64,000 bases of DNA from an uncultured delta proteobacterium (GCA_963782055.1 CAWAIF010000003.1:1824001-1888000); one strand, 5' to 3'; numbered from the stretch's first letter, positions 1 through 9,695 are shown. The notes: generated by a model not told the origin, from the letters alone. Translations and numbers: made by a program.

Positions 1-2288
1 GCACCACGCTTGCTCTGGTCGCGATGGTGACCACCGCCGCCGCCCTCTGCGGCCTCTACGCGTGCAGCGGAGACGACACCCAGGCGGCCAGCGACGCCGG
101 CGCCGACCAGACCGCCGACACCAACGTGGGACCGGCGCCGGGGTGCGTCGTCTCCCCGACGCCGGCGCCCTTCCCGACGGGGCAGTGCAACGTCCCGCAG
201 CCCGCGCAGCCGGACTCCTTCGACGAGGCGCTCGGGAAGGTCGGGCTCGATCGTTGTAGTATGCAACAAGACCCCTCCAAGATGGTCGACGCGGTCATGG
301 CCGTCCTGGACAAGCGGCAGATGCCCGACTTCCGCCCGCTGCTGCAGTACCCGCTGCGCCTGCCGGCGTACGGGGCGGAGACCGCGAAGTGGCTGGACGA
401 CGCCATGGCCGGCAAGACGCCCGTCGCCAGCGCCATCGCCGCCGCCGCCGCGCGGAGGGGCGCGCCGGTGACCGACTGCGCGGACCCCGCGTGGTCCGTC
501 GTGGACGGCGAGGACCAGGCGCCGCTCGCGACCACGCTGGGCGAGATGGCCAGCGCCTTCGGCGCGGACTTCGATCACGACGCGACGGCCCAGGCGACCG
601 CCGGGCTCCCCATCGACCTGCGCCGCGCGCTGGTGCCGGTGATGCGCGCGATGACGCAGGCGTCGCAGGACATCGCCGCCGCGCGCGCCCCCGCGGAGGG
701 GAAGTTCGCGGCCCTCTTCAAGCTGGCGCCCGACTGGATCATCGGCACCTACTCGTACAACTGGTCCACCGGCCTGCTGCCGGCCTTCGACGCGGTGGAC
801 GTCAACGCGATCACCCGCGCGTCGCTCTACGTCGCCAGCACGGTGGAGAGCGCGGACCTCGCGCGCTTCCGCGGCGCGACCTTCGACCCCGTCGAGGTGG
901 ACACTCCGCTCGGGTCGCTGGTGATCCACGGCGCGGGCAAGGACGACTACGAGCCGGGCTCCGCGGCGGAGAAGGCCTTCTTCCTGCTCGACACCGGCGG
1001 CGACGACACCTACCGCGTGCCGGTGGGCTCGGCGAGCTACGACCACTCGCTCTCGGTGTCGGTGGACCTCGCGGGCAAGGACACCTACGGGTACGTGGAG
1101 AAGGCGGACCCCGCGGACAACGTCGGCCACCGTCTGCCGAGCGACGGCGCGGGGCGCCAGCAGGGCCTGACCCGCTCGCGCGTGGCGCGGCAGGGCGGCG
1201 CGCTGCTCGGCGTCGGCCTCCTCTGGGACCTCGGCACCGACGACGACACCTACCAGTCGCTCGCCGTCTCGCAGGGCACCGGCGTCTTCGGCGTGGGCGT
1301 GCTCTACGACGAGGGCGGCAACGACAGCTACAAGTCGGAGGCGCTCTCGCAGGGCGCGGCCGGCTTCGGCATCGGCCTGCTGCTCGACGGCGCCGGCAAC
1401 GACCACTACCTCGTCTACGCCGCGTCGGAGGGCTTCGGCTTCACGCAGGGCGTGGGCGCGCTGGTGGACGAGTCGGGCGATGACACCTACTACTCCGACC
1501 CCGGCGATCCCGCCGTCGGCGGTGACGCCATCTACGCCAACGCGCAGCTTCCCGGCGTGGGCAACACCTCGATGACCCAGGGCTGCGGCGAGGGCCACCG
1601 CCCCGACGCGCCGGAGCCCGGCTACCAGTTCGCCGGCGGCATGGGCATCCTGCGCGACGCCGCGGGCAACGACAGCTACACGACCAGCGTCTTCGGCCAG
1701 GGCTGCTCCTTCGCCATGGGCATCGGCCTGTTCCTCGAAGGCGGCGGGGACGACACCTACGAGGGCCTCTGGTACGTGCAGGGCAGCGCGGCCCACACCG
1801 GCGTCGTCTACTTCTGGGACCACGCCGGCAACGACGAGTACGATCCCACCTTCCCCATCCGCGCGACGAGCATCGGCGTGGGCCACGACTACTCGTCGGT
1901 CATCCACTACGACGAGGGCGGCGACGACGCCTACCACGGCCCGGGCCTCTCCATGGGCTGCGGCAACGCCAACGGCGTCGGCTTGCTCGTCAACGTGGGC
2001 GGCACCGACACCTTCAGCGCGCCCAACCAGAACTCTCTCGGCTGCGCCAACTCGACCGAGGTCTTCAAGACGCCGCGCAAGTCCATCCAGACCCTCGGCG
2101 TCTTCGTCAAGGCGGGCGGATCGGCGACCTACACCGTCGGCGGTATCGACGCGGGCTCGTACCCGGGCGGCGAGTGGAGCTACACCCCGAACAACACGCC
2201 GCTCGACGCCGGGCTGGACGGCCCGTTCTACGAGTACGAAAAGAGCATCGGCATCGATCGCCCGGACGGCTCGGCGACGCTGCCGTGA
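1..2288 (+). CDS. Secreted lipoprotein with ~11 Gly/Asp-rich repeats (hhD-x-x-G-x-D-x-Y); probably starts just left of the window
   Basis: The frame is open upstream of ATG 24 to the window edge (TTLALVAMV...). Lipobox-like LYAC. Repeats include LLDTGGDDTY, LYDEGGNDSY, LLDGAGNDHY, LVDESGDDTY, LRDAAGNDSY and FWDHAGNDEY. Confidence 0.8.
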   Translation, partial: TTLALVAMVTTAAALCGLYACSGDDTQAASDAGADQTADTNVGPAPGCVVSPTPAPFPTGQCNVPQPAQPDSFDEALGKVGLDRCSMQQDPSKMVDAVMAVLDKRQMPDFRPLLQYPLRLPAYGAETAKWLDDAMAGKTPVASAIAAAAARRGAPVTDCADPAWSVVDGEDQAPLATTLGEMASAFGADFDHDATAQATAGLPIDLRRALVPVMRAMTQASQDIAAARAPAEGKFAALFKLAPDWIIGTYSYNWSTGLLPAFDAVDVNAITRASLYVASTVESADLARFRGATFDPVEVDTPLGSLVIHGAGKDDYEPGSAAEKAFFLLDTGGDDTYRVPVGSASYDHSLSVSVDLAGKDTYGYVEKADPADNVGHRLPSDGAGRQQGLTRSRVARQGGALLGVGLLWDLGTDDDTYQSLAVSQGTGVFGVGVLYDEGGNDSYKSEALSQGAAGFGIGLLLDGAGNDHYLVYAASEGFGFTQGVGALVDESGDDTYYSDPGDPAVGGDAIYANAQLPGVGNTSMTQGCGEGHRPDAPEPGYQFAGGMGILRDAAGNDSYTTSVFGQGCSFAMGIGLFLEGGGDDTYEGLWYVQGSAAHTGVVYFWDHAGNDEYDPTFPIRATSIGVGHDYSSVIHYDEGGDDAYHGPGLSMGCGNANGVGLLVNVGGTDTFSAPNQNSLGCANSTEVFKTPRKSIQTLGVFVKAGGSATYTVGGIDAGSYPGGEWSYTPNNTPLDAGLDGPFYEYEKSIGIDRPDGSATLP

Positions 2289-2335
2289 CCTCACCCCCGG
2301 CTCCCTCTCCCTATGAGGAAGAGGGGGAGGGGAGA
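2289..2335. repeat. REP-like imperfect palindrome between convergent genes (possible bidirectional terminator)
   Basis: CCTCACCCCCGGCTCCCTCTCCC...GAGGGGGAGGGGAG: a pyrimidine arm and a purine arm, lying between the stops at 2288 and 2348. Confidence 0.45.
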
Positions 2336-2347
2336 CGAGGCGAGAAC

Positions 2348-3568
2348 TTAGAGCAGCAGGTGGAGCTGGCCGAGGAGGGACCAGGACTCGATGCCCGCCT
2401 GGACGCCGCCGCGGAAGTCGTCGGTGTAGATGGCGTCCAGGCGCAGGTCCATGTGCGGCGCGAGAAACCACCACACCGTCGACCACGCGGACACCGAGGT
2501 GGTGTCGTCGACGAAGTTGCGGTTGTAGAGCTCCCCCGTCAGCATCACGTGGATGCCCTGGAAAGGCTCCAGGTCTGCCTGCACGTAGCTCGTCGCGCCG
2601 ACGTGGTCCTTCGCCATCGGCTGCGACTCGAAGATGAGGTCGCCCTCGGCCATCAGCACCAGCGGCTTCCACGGCGAGTAGCGCACGAAGGGTCCGTAGT
2701 TGTGCCGCCACACCGCCGTCTGAAGCGTGGGGTTCCGCTCCGAGTGCATGAGCTGTGCGCTCGCGCCGACCGCCAGCTTCTCGAGCGGCGCCCACTCCAC
2801 CAGCGCCGCGCCCCCGCGCTCCCGCAGCGCATCGTCGGGGATGGAGTAGTTGCCGAAGGCGGCCATCACCTCGCCGCGCAGCTTGTCCCCGGTGTACGAG
2901 AGGGCGACGCCTGTCTGCTGCTGGTCGTTGATGTTGGTGTTCGTCTCGAAGCGGGTGAAGAGGTTGTGCTCGATCGTCCGGATGCCGAAGGGCACGTCGA
3001 AGCGCCCCGCGCGCAGCAGGAACTGCTCATCGGAGCCGAGGTCGACGCCGAGCCACAGGCTGCGCGCGATGAGGTTGTCGCGCGGATCGGTGGTGAGCTT
3101 GGCGAAGAACGCCCCGTCGTGCGCGAAGCCGAGGCTCGCGTTGGCGCGGAAGCGCCCGACCTTCACCTGCCCGGCCATGTCCGCCTGCATGAGGATGGGC
3201 AACCGCCCCGACGGCGCGTTCGGGGCAGTCGGGAAGACGCCGAGCTCGGCGTACCGCCCGTCCGCCTGCAGCAGCAGCGCGTCCGGGAGCTGGAAGGCGC
3301 CGAACATGAAGTTGCCCAGCGTCCCGGGGTCCTCGTCCTCCGACGGCTTGCCGTCGTAGTGCATGCGCAGCAGGACCTCCTCCATCCCGCGGCCGTACCG
3401 GGTGAGCAGCCCGCCGCCCGAGGGGTCCGCGTGGCACGTGTTGCACTGCGTGTAGCCGTGCCGGATCATCCACGGGAACGCTTCGGCGCGGTGCGCGAGC
3501 CCCGTCACCAGGAGCAGCAGCGCGACGCCGAGGAGACGCGCGAGCAAGCGATGGGTCGCCCGGTGCAC
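2348..3568 (-). CDS. Putative outer-membrane beta-barrel protein with an N-terminal c-type heme motif
   Basis: Signal peptide (AEA|F), then CNTCH. The remainder alternates like beta-strands and ends GQLHLLL. Confidence 0.7.
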   Translation of the reverse strand: MHRATHRLLARLLGVALLLLVTGLAHRAEAFPWMIRHGYTQCNTCHADPSGGGLLTRYGRGMEEVLLRMHYDGKPSEDEDPGTLGNFMFGAFQLPDALLLQADGRYAELGVFPTAPNAPSGRLPILMQADMAGQVKVGRFRANASLGFAHDGAFFAKLTTDPRDNLIARSLWLGVDLGSDEQFLLRAGRFDVPFGIRTIEHNLFTRFETNTNINDQQQTGVALSYTGDKLRGEVMAAFGNYSIPDDALRERGGAALVEWAPLEKLAVGASAQLMHSERNPTLQTAVWRHNYGPFVRYSPWKPLVLMAEGDLIFESQPMAKDHVGATSYVQADLEPFQGIHVMLTGELYNRNFVDDTTSVSAWSTVWWFLAPHMDLRLDAIYTDDFRGGVQAGIESWSLLGQLHLLL

Positions 3569-3596
3569 TGCCTTCAGCAGGCGCGTGGGGACGCGC

Positions 3597-4127
3597 TCAC
3601 TCCGTGGCGGCGAAGTGCACGTCGATGTCGATATCGGGCTTCACGGTGACGCCCAGGTACGACGGCACCTTGATCCCGAAGTCGCGGAAATCGATGTGCG
3701 CCCTGCCCGTCACGTCCACCTTCCCGCCGGCGTGGTGCGCGGCGTAGTGGAAGGAGACACGCTTGCTCTTGCCGTGGATCGTCATGGTGCCCTGCGCGTC
3801 CCCGGAGCCCTCCGTCTTGACGGACGCGCGGTCGACGACGAGGTCGGCGTTGGGATACTTGCCGACCTCCAGGTACTTCTCGCGCATGTGGTGATCGCGC
3901 AGGCCGATGCCGGTGGCCAGGTGCGCCAGCGGCACACGGATGGTGACGGTCGCGCCCTGGTCGATCACGTCCAGATCACTGGTGGTGCCGGTGAGGTGCA
4001 TGCCGGCGGGGCCGCGCGCGTGGAAGGCGACGGCGGGGGTGCCGGTGCGGGCGAGCTTGGCGTCGGCTGCGAGAGGAACGCAGAGGCCCATCGTGACGAG
4101 AACAGCGAGTCGTAGGGGTCGGTTCAT
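3597..4127 (-). CDS. YceI family lipid/polyisoprenoid-binding periplasmic protein
   Basis: TGIGLRDHHMR, GTMTIHGKSK and IDFRDFGIK motifs; signal peptide; GGAG 6 nt before ATG 4127. Confidence 0.85.
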   Translation of the reverse strand: MNRPLRLAVLVTMGLCVPLAADAKLARTGTPAVAFHARGPAGMHLTGTTSDLDVIDQGATVTIRVPLAHLATGIGLRDHHMREKYLEVGKYPNADLVVDRASVKTEGSGDAQGTMTIHGKSKRVSFHYAAHHAGGKVDVTGRAHIDFRDFGIKVPSYLGVTVKPDIDIDVHFAATE

Positions 4128-4257
4128 GAACATCTCCAAAGGGGTTCTAGCACGCAACAAACCCAGAGGTAGGTACCGGCACCGGTGGGGGAGCAGGCGG
4201 CGCGGCGCATGAGGTGCGGATTTGCTTTGTGCGCGTGACGTGGAATACGAGCGAAGG

Positions 4258-5199
4258 ATGGCATCGGCCGCCGGCCTGCTGATCTTCGTCATCGCGTCGC
4301 GCGACGGCCGTGACGCCACGCTCGACGCCGCGGTCGCGGCGGCGCGGGAGACGCTCGGCGAGAACGCCACGGTTCAGGTCGAGGTCAGCCCCGCCGCCAG
4401 CGACCCCGGCATCGTCGCGCTGGAGGACGAGCGGCACGCCGGCGCCGTCGCCACGCTGCGCTGGGACCCCTCTCACACGAGCGCCACCATCCATCTGCAC
4501 CGTGCCCGCGAGGGGCGGTGGGTGGACCGGACGATCGTCTTTCGCGCGGCTGACGCGCCCGCCGAGCGGGGACGCACCATCGGCTTCGCCGTGGCGTCGA
4601 TGCTGCCGGAGCAGGAGCTTCCACGCGCGCCCGAGCACAGGATCATCATCGCGCCACCGCCACCCACAGCTCATCACCCGTTTGACGGTCCATGGCACGG
4701 TTCATTCGATGCGCAGGCCGTCGGCGCGCTCCCCTTCAGCGGGTACGGGGCAGGGGTGGGCGCCGACCTCTCCGGTCAGTGGTACCTCTCCCGGCTGGGC
4801 TTCCGGCTGGGCGCCGTCATCCGCGCGGGAGACGTGGCGCCCGCCCAGGCCACCTCCATCATGGTGTCGGTGGCCGCCGGCCTGGAGGTGCGCATCGTCG
4901 AGCCGGCCGCCGGGGAGCGCTTCGGGCTCGCCCTGCGCTTCGACATGCTGGCCACCTTCCTCTCCCTGCGGCATCTGGACGCCGACGACCCCTCGCCCGT
5001 CGTTCAGGACAGGTGGCTGCCGGGGGGCGATCTGGTGGCGGAAGGTACCTTCCAGCTCGGCCCCGCCACGGCGATCATCCTGGGGCTGGGGGCGGAGGCG
5101 TCGCTGGGGTCGACCAATGTCTACGTGGCGCGGAAGCCGGTGGCGACGATCGAGCCGATACGCCTGGTCGGGGAGCTGGGCCTGAGAGCCCGCTTCTAG
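4258..5199 (+). CDS. Hypothetical exported protein with a beta-barrel-like C-terminal half, upstream of the ECF operon
   Basis: GC3-rich ORF ending GLRARF (terminal Phe). Confidence 0.6.
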   Translation: MASAAGLLIFVIASRDGRDATLDAAVAAARETLGENATVQVEVSPAASDPGIVALEDERHAGAVATLRWDPSHTSATIHLHRAREGRWVDRTIVFRAADAPAERGRTIGFAVASMLPEQELPRAPEHRIIIAPPPPTAHHPFDGPWHGSFDAQAVGALPFSGYGAGVGADLSGQWYLSRLGFRLGAVIRAGDVAPAQATSIMVSVAAGLEVRIVEPAAGERFGLALRFDMLATFLSLRHLDADDPSPVVQDRWLPGGDLVAEGTFQLGPATAIILGLGAEASLGSTNVYVARKPVATIEPIRLVGELGLRARF

Positions 5200-5329
5200 C
5201 CGCCCGGGGCCTTCCACCCGTTGCTCGCTAACGATCTGGCTCAGCCTCGCGATATGACAGGAATATACGCGCCCGCGGGGCGGCCGATCCCAGCCTGATC
5301 GCCCTCGCCTCGGGGTACAGTAGAGGGGC

Positions 5330-6046
5330 ATGTCTCTCCCTGCGCGCCCCCCTCTGCGCCTGGTGCCCCCGCCCGAAGGCGAGTCCGGGACCGAGGTCGC
5401 ATCCGGACGGTCCGCCCGCACCTCCGACAGGGTGCCGGCCCCGTCGCGCCGGCACGCGCCCGCGCTCGATGACACCGAGCTCCTGACCGCCCTGCGCGTG
5501 GGTGACCCTTCCGCCGCCACCTCCCTGCACGACCGCGTCCGCCCGCAGGTCGACCGCACCATCTTCCGCCTGCTCGGCCGCCGCGACGTCGACCACGACG
5601 ATCTCGCCCAGCTCGCGATGATCGAGATCATCGGCAGCATCGATCGCTTCCGCGGCGACTGCTCCCTGGACGCGTGGACGGCGACGGTGACGGCCCACGT
5701 CGTCTACAAGCACCTGCGCCGCCGCAAGACGGAGCGCCGCATCTTCTCGCCGCCCTCGCCCGACGACATGAGCGTGGCCTCGCCCATCAGCGCCAGCCGC
5801 CAGGCGATGGTGCGCAGCGCGATGACGCGAGTGGTCCGTCACCTGGACGACATGGATGAGAATCGTGCCTGGACTTACCTGCTTCACGACGTCTGCGGGT
5901 ACGACTTACGCGAGATTGCACAGATCACGGGGGTCACAGTGGCAGCCGCACAAACGCGCCTCGTGAGGGGGCGCAAGGACATTCACGAGCGCATCGGTTC
6001 GGACCCCGAGCTCGCCAGCATCCTGGCGGAAACGGAGCGGGCATGA
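5330..6046 (+). CDS. ECF-type RNA polymerase sigma factor
   Basis: Region 2 DDLAQLAMIEIIGSIDRFRG..LDAW; region 4 GYDLREIAQITGVTVAAAQTRLVRGRK. Confidence 0.9.
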   Translation: MSLPARPPLRLVPPPEGESGTEVASGRSARTSDRVPAPSRRHAPALDDTELLTALRVGDPSAATSLHDRVRPQVDRTIFRLLGRRDVDHDDLAQLAMIEIIGSIDRFRGDCSLDAWTATVTAHVVYKHLRRRKTERRIFSPPSPDDMSVASPISASRQAMVRSAMTRVVRHLDDMDENRAWTYLLHDVCGYDLREIAQITGVTVAAAQTRLVRGRKDIHERIGSDPELASILAETERA

Positions 6047-7182
6047 CCTCGCCTCGCAATGCTCAGCTCGCCGCCGCGTTTCTGCGCACGCAGCGGGACG
6101 CTCTACCGGCGACGCCGCCTCACCGCGAGGTCCGCGCGCAGGCCATACTCGCGCTGCAGGAGGAGCTCGCCAAGCGTGCGAGGGCCCGCAAGCGCGCGCG
6201 CTGGGTCTTCGGCGCCGTCGCCGCGGCGGCCGCGGTCGCCATCACCGGCGGCGGCATGCTCGCCCTCCACATGCATCATGCGTCGAGCCTCGCCGCGTCT
6301 GCGCCGTCGACCCCCAAGCCCGCCGCCACGGTGGCGGTGATCGCGCATCCCACCGGCGACGTGACGGTGGTGGGTGGGGACGGCAAGCCGGAGGCCCTCA
6401 CCGACGGCAGCCTTCTGCGCGCGGGCAGCCATGTCGTGGCCCGCTCGCACGGCCGCGTCGTGCTCTCCTTCGCCACGGGCACCCAGCTCACCGCGGAGGA
6501 CGGCGGCGACGTGACGGTGATGGAGAACGGCAGCGTGCAGCGCCTGCTGCTCGCCAGCGGATCGTTGCAGGCCAAGGTCCACAAGCTCGGCCCGCACCAG
6601 CGCTTCCTGGTCAGCACCCCGGACGCGGAGGTCGAGGTGCGCGGCACCCAGTTCCGCGTCTCGGTCGTCGGGGCCGATCCGTCGTGTGGCGGCGGCACGC
6701 GCACGCGCGTCGTGGTCACCGAGGGCGTGGTGTCGGTGCGCAGCCACGGCGAGGAAGCGCGCGTGCCCGCGGGCTCGTCGTGGCCGCCCGGTTGCGTGGC
6801 GAGGACAGCGGTGGGCTCCACGGCGACCGCGCCCACGGAGCTCGCCGAGTCGACGTCGCCCCGGCCCAAGGCCGTCCCGCGGCCGGGTAACGCCGCGTCG
6901 CAGGCTTCCCGCTCCACCCTCACCGAGGAGAACGATCTGTTCGGCAAGGCCGTCGCCGCCCGCCAGCGCGGCGATGCACCGGGTGCGGTGGCCGCGTGGT
7001 CGACCTTCATCGCGAAGTACCCGAGCAGCCCCCTGGCGGAGAGCGCTGCCGTCGAGCGCATGAAGACGCTGCGCGGCGTGGACCGCGCGCGAGCGAGCGC
7101 GGCGGCGCGGCAGTACCTCGACGAGTACCCGTCCGGATTCGCGCGCGCGGAGGCCCAGGCCATCCTCGCGGAGGATCGGTGA
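6043..7182 (+). CDS. FecR-domain anti-sigma factor with a C-terminal TPR-like helix pair
   Basis: ATGA overlap with the sigma gene; one TM helix; FLVSTPDAEVEVRGTQFRV and VTEGVVSV FecR motifs; C-terminal F.AKYPSSPLAE. Confidence 0.85.
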   Translation: MTSPRNAQLAAAFLRTQRDALPATPPHREVRAQAILALQEELAKRARARKRARWVFGAVAAAAAVAITGGGMLALHMHHASSLAASAPSTPKPAATVAVIAHPTGDVTVVGGDGKPEALTDGSLLRAGSHVVARSHGRVVLSFATGTQLTAEDGGDVTVMENGSVQRLLLASGSLQAKVHKLGPHQRFLVSTPDAEVEVRGTQFRVSVVGADPSCGGGTRTRVVVTEGVVSVRSHGEEARVPAGSSWPPGCVARTAVGSTATAPTELAESTSPRPKAVPRPGNAASQASRSTLTEENDLFGKAVAARQRGDAPGAVAAWSTFIAKYPSSPLAESAAVERMKTLRGVDRARASAAARQYLDEYPSGFARAEAQAILAEDR

Positions 7183-7820
7183 CCCTGCGGCGACCCTCCA
7201 CCAGGGTCGCCATCGCGCTGCTCGTCGCCGGGGGCCTCGCCGCCTGCAACGGCGAGTTCCACTTCGACGAGCCGGGGGACGCGGCTCTCCCCGAGCCGGA
7301 CGCCGGCGACGCGCAGACGGGCCGGCCGCGGTGCAGCACCGACGCCGACTGCGGGCTGTCCAGCCTCCACTGCGACACCGCCTCCGGCGACTGCGTCGCG
7401 TGCGTCACCGACACCAACTGCACCGACCCGGGCTTTCCGCGGTGCGACTTCGCCATCCACCGGTGCGTGGAGTGCGGCATCAGCACCGACTGCCCCGTCG
7501 GGGAGTACTGCGAGAACCAGACGCGCCGGTGCGTGCCGCGCTGCCAGGACCCCGACGAGTGCCCGCTCTCGCGGCCCTTCTGCGACAAGGTCAACGTGCG
7601 CTGCTACGAGTGCCTGACCGACACCGACTGCCTTCCGCTCCTGCTGCCGCGCTGCGACACCGCCGGCTTCATCTGTGTCCAGTGCATGACGGACGCCGAC
7701 TGCGGCTCAGGGCATCGCTGCGACACGCCCGACGGCGTGTGCGTCGATTGCCTCAGCAGTGACGACTGCCCCTACCCGGAGGCGTGCGATCCCGCCAAGG
7801 GCCGCTGCGTCACGCCGTAG
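7179..7820 (+). CDS. Cys-rich repeat lipoprotein
   Basis: GTG start overlaps the upstream stop; lipobox LAAC; tandem CxxDxDC...CD...CVxC repeats. Confidence 0.8.
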   Translation: MTLRRPSTRVAIALLVAGGLAACNGEFHFDEPGDAALPEPDAGDAQTGRPRCSTDADCGLSSLHCDTASGDCVACVTDTNCTDPGFPRCDFAIHRCVECGISTDCPVGEYCENQTRRCVPRCQDPDECPLSRPFCDKVNVRCYECLTDTDCLPLLLPRCDTAGFICVQCMTDADCGSGHRCDTPDGVCVDCLSSDDCPYPEACDPAKGRCVTP

Positions 7821-7970
7821 CGACGGCTCGCCGCAGACTTTACACGCCGGGGATCGTGCTTATCCGTTTGTTCGACAACGGCTGCGGAGCGCCCCCAGGG
7901 CGCACGCGATCAACGGCTCGAGCATAGGCCACGAGGGGGCGTCCCTCGCATGGCGTACGAGAGGTGTCTC

Positions 7971-8423
7971 ATGCGAATGACGGTGCTCAATGGGTTGCGG
8001 CGCGAGCCGCTCGCGGAGCTGGACGAGCTGCGCAGGGAGATGGATCGCTTCTTCGGAGGCGCGCTCGGCTTCTCGCCGCCCGCGTGGCCGGAGCCAGGCC
8101 TGCGCGAGCTGGCGGACCGCTACGAGCTCGCGCTGGACGTGCCCGGCCTCGTCGCCGGCGACGTCGAGATCAAGGTGGAAGAGGGCGTGCTGCGCCTGCG
8201 CGCCGAGCACAAGCCCGCCGCCGAGGAAGGAACGAAGGACGGCGACGACCTGAAGCTCGTCCGCAAGGAGCGCGCCGCGGTGCGCGTCGCCCGGAGCTTC
8301 GAGCTTCCGGCGCACGTCGACGTGGAGCGCATCGCCGCGACGCTGGACAAGGGCGTGCTCACCCTGACCGTCCCCAAGTCGGAGGCGGCCCGCAGCCGCA
8401 CCGTGGAAGTGAAAGGAGCCTGA
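7971..8423 (+). CDS. Hsp20/alpha-crystallin small heat-shock protein
   Basis: LDVPGL...RSFELPAHVDVERIAATLDKGVLTLTVPK; RBS GAGGTG upstream. Confidence 0.9.
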   Translation: MRMTVLNGLRREPLAELDELRREMDRFFGGALGFSPPAWPEPGLRELADRYELALDVPGLVAGDVEIKVEEGVLRLRAEHKPAAEEGTKDGDDLKLVRKERAAVRVARSFELPAHVDVERIAATLDKGVLTLTVPKSEAARSRTVEVKGA

Positions 8424-8425
8424 CG

Positions 8426-8734
8426 ATGAGCGCGGAGAAGGAGAAGCTGCTGGTCCGTCCCCCCACCGATGTGCTCGAGGGCAAGGACGCCTTCGTGCTG
8501 GTCGCCGAGGTGCCCGGCGTGGGGCCGGAAGATCTGGACGTGCGCGTCGACAAGGGCCTGCTCCTGCTGGACGCGAAGCGTGAAGGCCGCGTCGCCTACG
8601 CGCGGACGTTCCGGCTCCCCAAGGGGGTCGACGAGAACGCGATCGCCGCGACGCTGAAGGACGGCCTGGTGAGCATCCGCCTGCCGAAGGCGGAGAGCGC
8701 GAAGCCGCGGCTGGTCCCCATCGCCACGGGGTGA
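8426..8734 (+). CDS. Second Hsp20 family protein
   Basis: MSAEKEKLLVRPPTDV...AEVPGV...RTFRLPKGVDENAIAATLKDGLVSIRLPK; the ATG lies inside track ORF 7964..8734. Confidence 0.88.
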   Translation: MSAEKEKLLVRPPTDVLEGKDAFVLVAEVPGVGPEDLDVRVDKGLLLLDAKREGRVAYARTFRLPKGVDENAIAATLKDGLVSIRLPKAESAKPRLVPIATG

Positions 8735-8832
8735 CGCGGGCGCGCTTGACGCCCATCCGCCCCGCCGACCATTCTCGGCCTCCCGGCTGAGGTCCCGCGC
8801 TCGCGCAGGCCGACAGCCCGAAGGGCACGAAG

Positions 8833-9423
8833 ATGGAGTCGTCGAAGAAGCAGACCATCCTGGAGGCCGCGACGCGCGTCTTCGCCCGCCACGGCTTCAA
8901 GAAGGCCTCCATCGACGAGATCGCCCAGGCCGCCGGGGTGGCGAAGGGCACCGTCTACCTCGCGGCGACCTCCAAGGAGGACCTCTTCTACCAGGTCCTG
9001 CACCGGGAGGTCCGCGCCTGGGTGGCGGAGATTTCCCGGCTCATTGACCCCCGGACCCCCGCGGACCAGCTCCTGGCCGTCATGGCCCAGACGGGCATGG
9101 ACTACCTCGCCGCACACCCCCTGGTCGGCGACCTCCTCTTCGGTAAGACCGCGGAATTACTGCCCCGCTGGTCCGACCGCCTGCTCGAGCTCCGGACCAT
9201 CGGCCACGCGAATGTGGTGGAGGTCCTACGGATCGGCATCAAGCAGGGCATTTTCCGGGCGGAGCTGGACGTGGAGGCGGTGGCGGCCCTGCTCCAGGAC
9301 ATGCAGCTCTCGACGGTCGTGTTCTACCGGCACGTCGGGGAGGAGGCCCTGGATCGGCGGAAAATGGCGGGATTTGACCTGGTGTTGAACGGGTTGAGGG
9401 TCAGGGGAGGGGGAGGCGCGTGA
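8833..9423 (+). CDS. TetR/AcrR family transcriptional regulator
   Basis: N-terminal HTH ILEAATRVFARHGFKKASIDEIAQAAGVAKGTVY. Confidence 0.92.
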   Translation: MESSKKQTILEAATRVFARHGFKKASIDEIAQAAGVAKGTVYLAATSKEDLFYQVLHREVRAWVAEISRLIDPRTPADQLLAVMAQTGMDYLAAHPLVGDLLFGKTAELLPRWSDRLLELRTIGHANVVEVLRIGIKQGIFRAELDVEAVAALLQDMQLSTVVFYRHVGEEALDRRKMAGFDLVLNGLRVRGGGGA

Positions 9424-9450
9424 GGGCTAGCGGAGGGTGGGAGATCGCCC

Positions 9451-9456
9451 TATACT
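9451..9456 (+). promoter_or_regulatory. Candidate -10 box of the lasso cluster promoter
   Basis: TATACT ~75 nt upstream of the precursor ATG, in very GC-rich DNA; no good -35 box. Confidence 0.35.
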
Positions 9457-9530
9457 CAGCGCATCCGTGCCCCGCGTGAACGCTTGCAGGAGGGAGGGCA
9501 ACGGATGCCCTTTGTAGAGGAGAATGCTCG

Positions 9531-9695
9531 ATGACCGATCCCAACGCCGAGGTGAAGGAGGCTCCTGCGGAGCAGGAGACGCCGAAGAAGCGCCCGTACG
9601 TGGCGCCCCGGCTCGTGGAGCTGGGGAAGGTGCGGGATCTGACGGCGGCGGGCGGGGCTTCTAGCACCGATGGTGGTTTCACTCGACGCCCGTAG
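9531..9695 (+). CDS. Lasso peptide precursor (A), 54 aa: MTDPNAEVKEAPAEQETPKKRPYVAPRLVELGKVRDLTA|AGGASSTDGGFTRRP
   Basis: Translated by hand (below the track cutoff). RBS AGAGGAG at 9516-9522. Leader motifs YxxPxL and LGxVxxLT with Thr at -2. Core starts with Ala and has Asp at position 8. Lies directly before the cyclase. Confidence 0.93.
   Translation: MTDPNAEVKEAPAEQETPKKRPYVAPRLVELGKVRDLTAAGGASSTDGGFTRRP

Noticed and set aside
9401..9682. 93-aa minus-strand ORF over the lasso precursor
   Set aside because: Antisense to the precursor, which has the RBS, leader motifs and cluster context.
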